Positions 60,371-64,000 of a stretch of DNA of 64,000 nt are shown in pieces. A model generated the notes under the pieces. It was not told the DNA's origin. It was given only the letters and a program-made list of their open reading frames with translations, and made no database searches. A program made the translations under genes and the position numbers. The DNA lies in the IMG/VR virus record IMGVR_UViG_3300045921_000730, positions 62,001 to 126,000 of that record; one strand, written 5' to 3'. Each line of letters opens with the position of its first letter. The stretch's first letter is position 1.

Positions 60371-61860
60371 CTGCGCCAAAATTTACCACGTGTTATTGAT
60401 ATACCACGCTCAATTTTATTGACATTGGGGCTCGTATAGGGGAACTCGGGCGCATGTGTAAAGTCATTTATGGTCATCGTTCTTCCCCACGGTTCATGGT
60501 CAGGGACTCTATTTGTCCACATTGCGGGTTGTTCAGCTGGTAGCTCTGCTGAAGAAGCTATGGCAGCATCAGGACCATTCAAATCAATCTTACCTGCTGT
60601 TTGATATATATTTGCACCACCATTTATGTGTGTAGCTACACCAGACGTTAACTTTAATTCTGATTTTCCATATTGATTTAATGTTTGCGCTGCTTCCAGA
60701 CACATGTCTTGATTGGCGCGAAGGTTGATATTTTGTCCCGATAAAATAAAAGTTGAAATACCTACATTCATGCGGAAATTTTGTTTAAATCTTGCATGAA
60801 CATCTTTTTGTGCTTCAAGACGCATTTCATCGCCCGAATAAATATGAACACCTTTCGCACCATGAAGACGAATTGTTTCGTCGGAAGTTAAATTGATATC
60901 TTTTTTTGCACGGATGTTTACTTTATTTGTTGTGAAAATATCAATGTTTCCTTGCTGATCCATTTCTATCCAGTTATTACCTTCGGCAGTAGATATATAA
61001 ATTCTTTCGTTTGTATCATCCATTAAAATTTGATGACCGGAAGTGGTTCTAAGTCTAATACGACAATTTTCTTGTCTGTCGTCCATTGAAAAAGCATGAA
61101 ACCCAGGAGATACAAAACAATAAACATTGTTGTCGAGATTACCTTCATTGTATAATGCATCCACGTTAGGAGACACTCTGTTTACTTGATAACCTTGACG
61201 ACTAACCCAATTATCCCATTTTACATCTTTATCATCGGGAACGCTACTTACTGTTGAATCTAAAAATGCAAGATCGACGCTTGAAACTGTATAATCTGCA
61301 GCTCGTGTCCGCCACTCATAATTAGGCTCTGGCTTATTTCCGAATGCTTTTCTAAGATTATCTGCTGTAGGTTGAATATAAAATTCTTCAGAGGTGTAAG
61401 GACCATAAGGTTTGGGTTCGTTGTTATTTACCTTTTCCAATACAGGATGATCTTCATACATCCATCTACCGTGTGGCATAGTGTGCGTCTTGAAAAGATC
61501 ATTAACACAGCCCAACACAATTCTCATGTTTGGATCACCATCTACAAACATTACAATTACTTGCGCTCCAATTTTTGGAGGAGCCCAAAAGCCATAATTA
61601 ATTGATCCAGTGGAAGATTGTATGCCAGGTCCTCGTGTACCAGCGTTTGTGTATCCTCCGAAGGGTGTAACATACAATGCCCACGGAATATCCTTCAGCG
61701 CTGTTTGCGAAGATTCATTTAATGTAGCACATATTACACGTACACGACCTTGTTGGTATGGATCGTTTGTATCAACGACTACTCCCGCAGTTACATATGG
61801 TATTGTCGGTCTTGGCGCTGCACCAGCCGTATAAATTGCATGTTGTATTGTATCACGCAT
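60367..61860 (-). CDS. Baseplate central spike (gp5/VgrG-like)
   Basis: OB-fold VVDTNDP..GRVRV..PWA..P.IGAQV..F.DGD; beta-helix repeats; IDLNG. Confidence 0.85.
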   Translation of the reverse strand: MRDTIQHAIYTAGAAPRPTIPYVTAGVVVDTNDPYQQGRVRVICATLNESSQTALKDIPWALYVTPFGGYTNAGTRGPGIQSSTGSINYGFWAPPKIGAQVIVMFVDGDPNMRIVLGCVNDLFKTHTMPHGRWMYEDHPVLEKVNNNEPKPYGPYTSEEFYIQPTADNLRKAFGNKPEPNYEWRTRAADYTVSSVDLAFLDSTVSSVPDDKDVKWDNWVSRQGYQVNRVSPNVDALYNEGNLDNNVYCFVSPGFHAFSMDDRQENCRIRLRTTSGHQILMDDTNERIYISTAEGNNWIEMDQQGNIDIFTTNKVNIRAKKDINLTSDETIRLHGAKGVHIYSGDEMRLEAQKDVHARFKQNFRMNVGISTFILSGQNINLRANQDMCLEAAQTLNQYGKSELKLTSGVATHINGGANIYQTAGKIDLNGPDAAIASSAELPAEQPAMWTNRVPDHEPWGRTMTINDFTHAPEFPYTSPNVNKIERGISITRGKFWRR

Positions 61861-61974
61861 AATAAAGACATTATAAAATTTTATTGTTTGTCATCAACCA
61901 CTAGACGTCTTAAAGACATTAAGTTTTGTTAATTTTTTATTTTAAATATTTATTAAAAAAAATTACTCCATCGG

Positions 61975-63999
61975 TTATTGGGGTGTTGTAGAAACTTGGG
62001 GTATTTGTGCGTCTACACGAGTTGTGTTATCTGTTTTATCAGAAAGAACTTGATCTTCACCGCACTTAATTGGTTTTTTACGAGGAAGTGTATCTCTTGC
62101 TTCTTTTATAGAATCTTCGGCTGTCTTTTGTTGAGCTTTGGGATTTAAACCAGCAGCTGGTCCACAACTTGAGCTTGATGTATTGATATTTGTATTTTCA
62201 TTTTGATTAACACGCGTAACCGCCGTGTTATTTCTACTTGCTTGCACGTTTGTTTGTCTTGGTTCTGTTACTGTTTGTCTTTTTTCAGTTGCTACAGGGA
62301 TTCCTTTTTCAAGCGAGCCAGCCATCTCCATATAACAAAATACTCTCAAATCTTCAACCGTTTTTACACCAACATTATTGTATGTTCGAGCGTTTCCAGC
62401 AATTTGATATATCTTTTCGGGATCAATGCCGATTGACGTTAACATAAAATTCTTTCCGTCATTCGCATTAGTAATTCCAACTATTCTGTTAACATGTCTT
62501 TCAGCCTCATTTGGGTAAATTTGTGCTAACAAAAATGTCATGTATATATCCCCCGGTTGTGTTATATTCAACGATTTCAAGTCGTTTATGTACTGTGATG
62601 TAACAAAGGTTGCTTTAGATGCTTCAAAACGATCTTCAATAATTTTAGCAGACGGTTTTCCTTTTACGACAATCGTAGGGAACTTTTGAAAGTTTGACTT
62701 AACATAAGTTAACCATTTTTGTGGATTCCAGGCATATAATCCAGCACCTCTTAAACCTGCAAAAGAAGGATTATAATTTGATAATTTGTATGCTAACAAT
62801 GCCAATAACGTAGAATCAATAACACCGCCACTAACTTTGCGAGTAGGAACCGAAACGATAGCATTTTGTACAACCGGTGATGCCTGTTGCCAATTTTTTA
62901 CAGACTGAACACCATTGATAGCATTATTAACAAGAAGTGCTTTACTGTCTACAATATTAGTTGGTGCTGCTCCTACATTTGGTTTTTCGCCTTGTGATAA
63001 ACCACTGTCAAATGGTACAACAATTTGTAAATTATTTGTTTGTTCAAAAGAACTTAGTTGTTTTTCGTCTTGTTGTACTACGGTGGGTTCATTATAAATC
63101 TCATTTAATTTCTTTTTCTTTTGAGTTAAATTTTCAAATGTTTCTGGATTTGGAACTGCAACCATATCTAACGTTTGTGTAAACTGTCCATCAACAAATT
63201 CATGATCAATAGCAAAAATATAATAATACCCTTCATACCAAAAATTTCTAGAATAATCGCTGCCAGTTCTAAATGCTTCAAGATCATCGGCACTCGATGG
63301 CATTAATACATTTATTTTAGCAAAGCACGGATAATCACCCATATCTGGGATTGTTTGCTGTTTTGCTATCGTGGGTTTTTCGGAGGCGACATCAAAATCA
63401 CCAATGGTTAAAGGTGTTATTACTGCCCCTGTTGTTGGATCTGTTTTTACTTTGTAAATTGTATCACCGACAACAAATGACAATGGTCCTGACGGGTCTC
63501 CAAGCTTATTTCCGGCCTCCAAAAACGCTGTGTTTCCTCGAATGGTGATTTTTGCTTCGCTTGATTCGAGAGAAGCGTGCTTTGCCATTGTATACACACT
63601 ACCAACTGTTGCGTTGCTGGTTGTAGTATTATTTACTAAATTATTTGGTCGTAATCCTGGATAAACAACAACCTTGTGTGTTTTCTTTAAACCTACATTA
63701 CGTGGTGCTATATCAACAATCTGAAAACGTTTTGGTTGAAGCTCTTCGCCTTGCTGCCTGAATAAGTTTGCAGAAGAAGCAAGTTGTAAATAAGCTAACC
63801 CCATATTCACTTTTATATCAAAATTTAAAACGTCGGTATTCATTCCGGTGTAAAGATAATCAAACTCAACAACGTTTCTTTCTAATAATGTTGGATCAAA
63901 ATTTTGATTGTTTTGATTTTTAATAACAAAATCTAACAAACCAGTTTGTGGCGTCACAAAACGCTTAACGACATACACTATTTGTGTATACGGTTCGCT
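61975..63999 (-). CDS. Probable baseplate hub/tail protein, 5'-truncated by the window edge
   Basis: FDYLYTG, ITIRGN, YEGYY..IDHEF..GQFTQTL pattern; upstream of the gp5-like gene; frame open to the window end. Confidence 0.55.
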   Translation of the reverse strand, partial: SEPYTQIVYVVKRFVTPQTGLLDFVIKNQNNQNFDPTLLERNVVEFDYLYTGMNTDVLNFDIKVNMGLAYLQLASSANLFRQQGEELQPKRFQIVDIAPRNVGLKKTHKVVVYPGLRPNNLVNNTTTSNATVGSVYTMAKHASLESSEAKITIRGNTAFLEAGNKLGDPSGPLSFVVGDTIYKVKTDPTTGAVITPLTIGDFDVASEKPTIAKQQTIPDMGDYPCFAKINVLMPSSADDLEAFRTGSDYSRNFWYEGYYYIFAIDHEFVDGQFTQTLDMVAVPNPETFENLTQKKKKLNEIYNEPTVVQQDEKQLSSFEQTNNLQIVVPFDSGLSQGEKPNVGAAPTNIVDSKALLVNNAINGVQSVKNWQQASPVVQNAIVSVPTRKVSGGVIDSTLLALLAYKLSNYNPSFAGLRGAGLYAWNPQKWLTYVKSNFQKFPTIVVKGKPSAKIIEDRFEASKATFVTSQYINDLKSLNITQPGDIYMTFLLAQIYPNEAERHVNRIVGITNANDGKNFMLTSIGIDPEKIYQIAGNARTYNNVGVKTVEDLRVFCYMEMAGSLEKGIPVATEKRQTVTEPRQTNVQASRNNTAVTRVNQNENTNINTSSSSCGPAAGLNPKAQQKTAEDSIKEARDTLPRKKPIKCGEDQVLSDKTDNTTRVDAQIPQVSTTPQ

Positions 64000-64000
64000 T

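Noticed and set aside
61895-61928. Another element-end remnant on the minus strand
   Set aside because: Resembles the GTCTTTAGACGTC hairpin but is too degenerate to call
1-64000. Stop-codon reassignment
   Set aside because: Genes up to 12 kb are open in code 11 and TAA, TAG and TGA all end genes; the breaks seen are explained by inteins, an intron or insertions

Overview
The window is part of an AT-rich, T4-like/jumbo myophage genome read in the standard genetic code. The left half is mostly replication and nucleotide metabolism: primase, type II topoisomerase subunits, class II ribonucleotide reductase, dCMP deaminase, helicase, family B DNA polymerase, sliding clamp and RNase H. The right half is a minus-strand baseplate/virion block (4134-aa giant protein, gp6-, gp25- and gp5-like). 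Main observations: (1) a circularly permuted two-piece tmRNA (tag ANDAFYNEEFRLAA) just upstream of a phage ClpP-like protease; (2) a topoisomerase II large subunit fractured by a naturally split intein, with a free-standing endonuclease gene between the halves; (3) a DNA polymerase split into two genes at the fingers domain, the second also carrying a group I intron in motif B; (4) NrdJ with three inteins; (5) two families of transposase-less TnpB elements plus ORF-less mini-derivatives. One family sits at minus-strand stop codons and ATGA stop/start overlaps, and its right end rebuilds the stop codon. All calls come from reading motifs by eye; no database searches were run.
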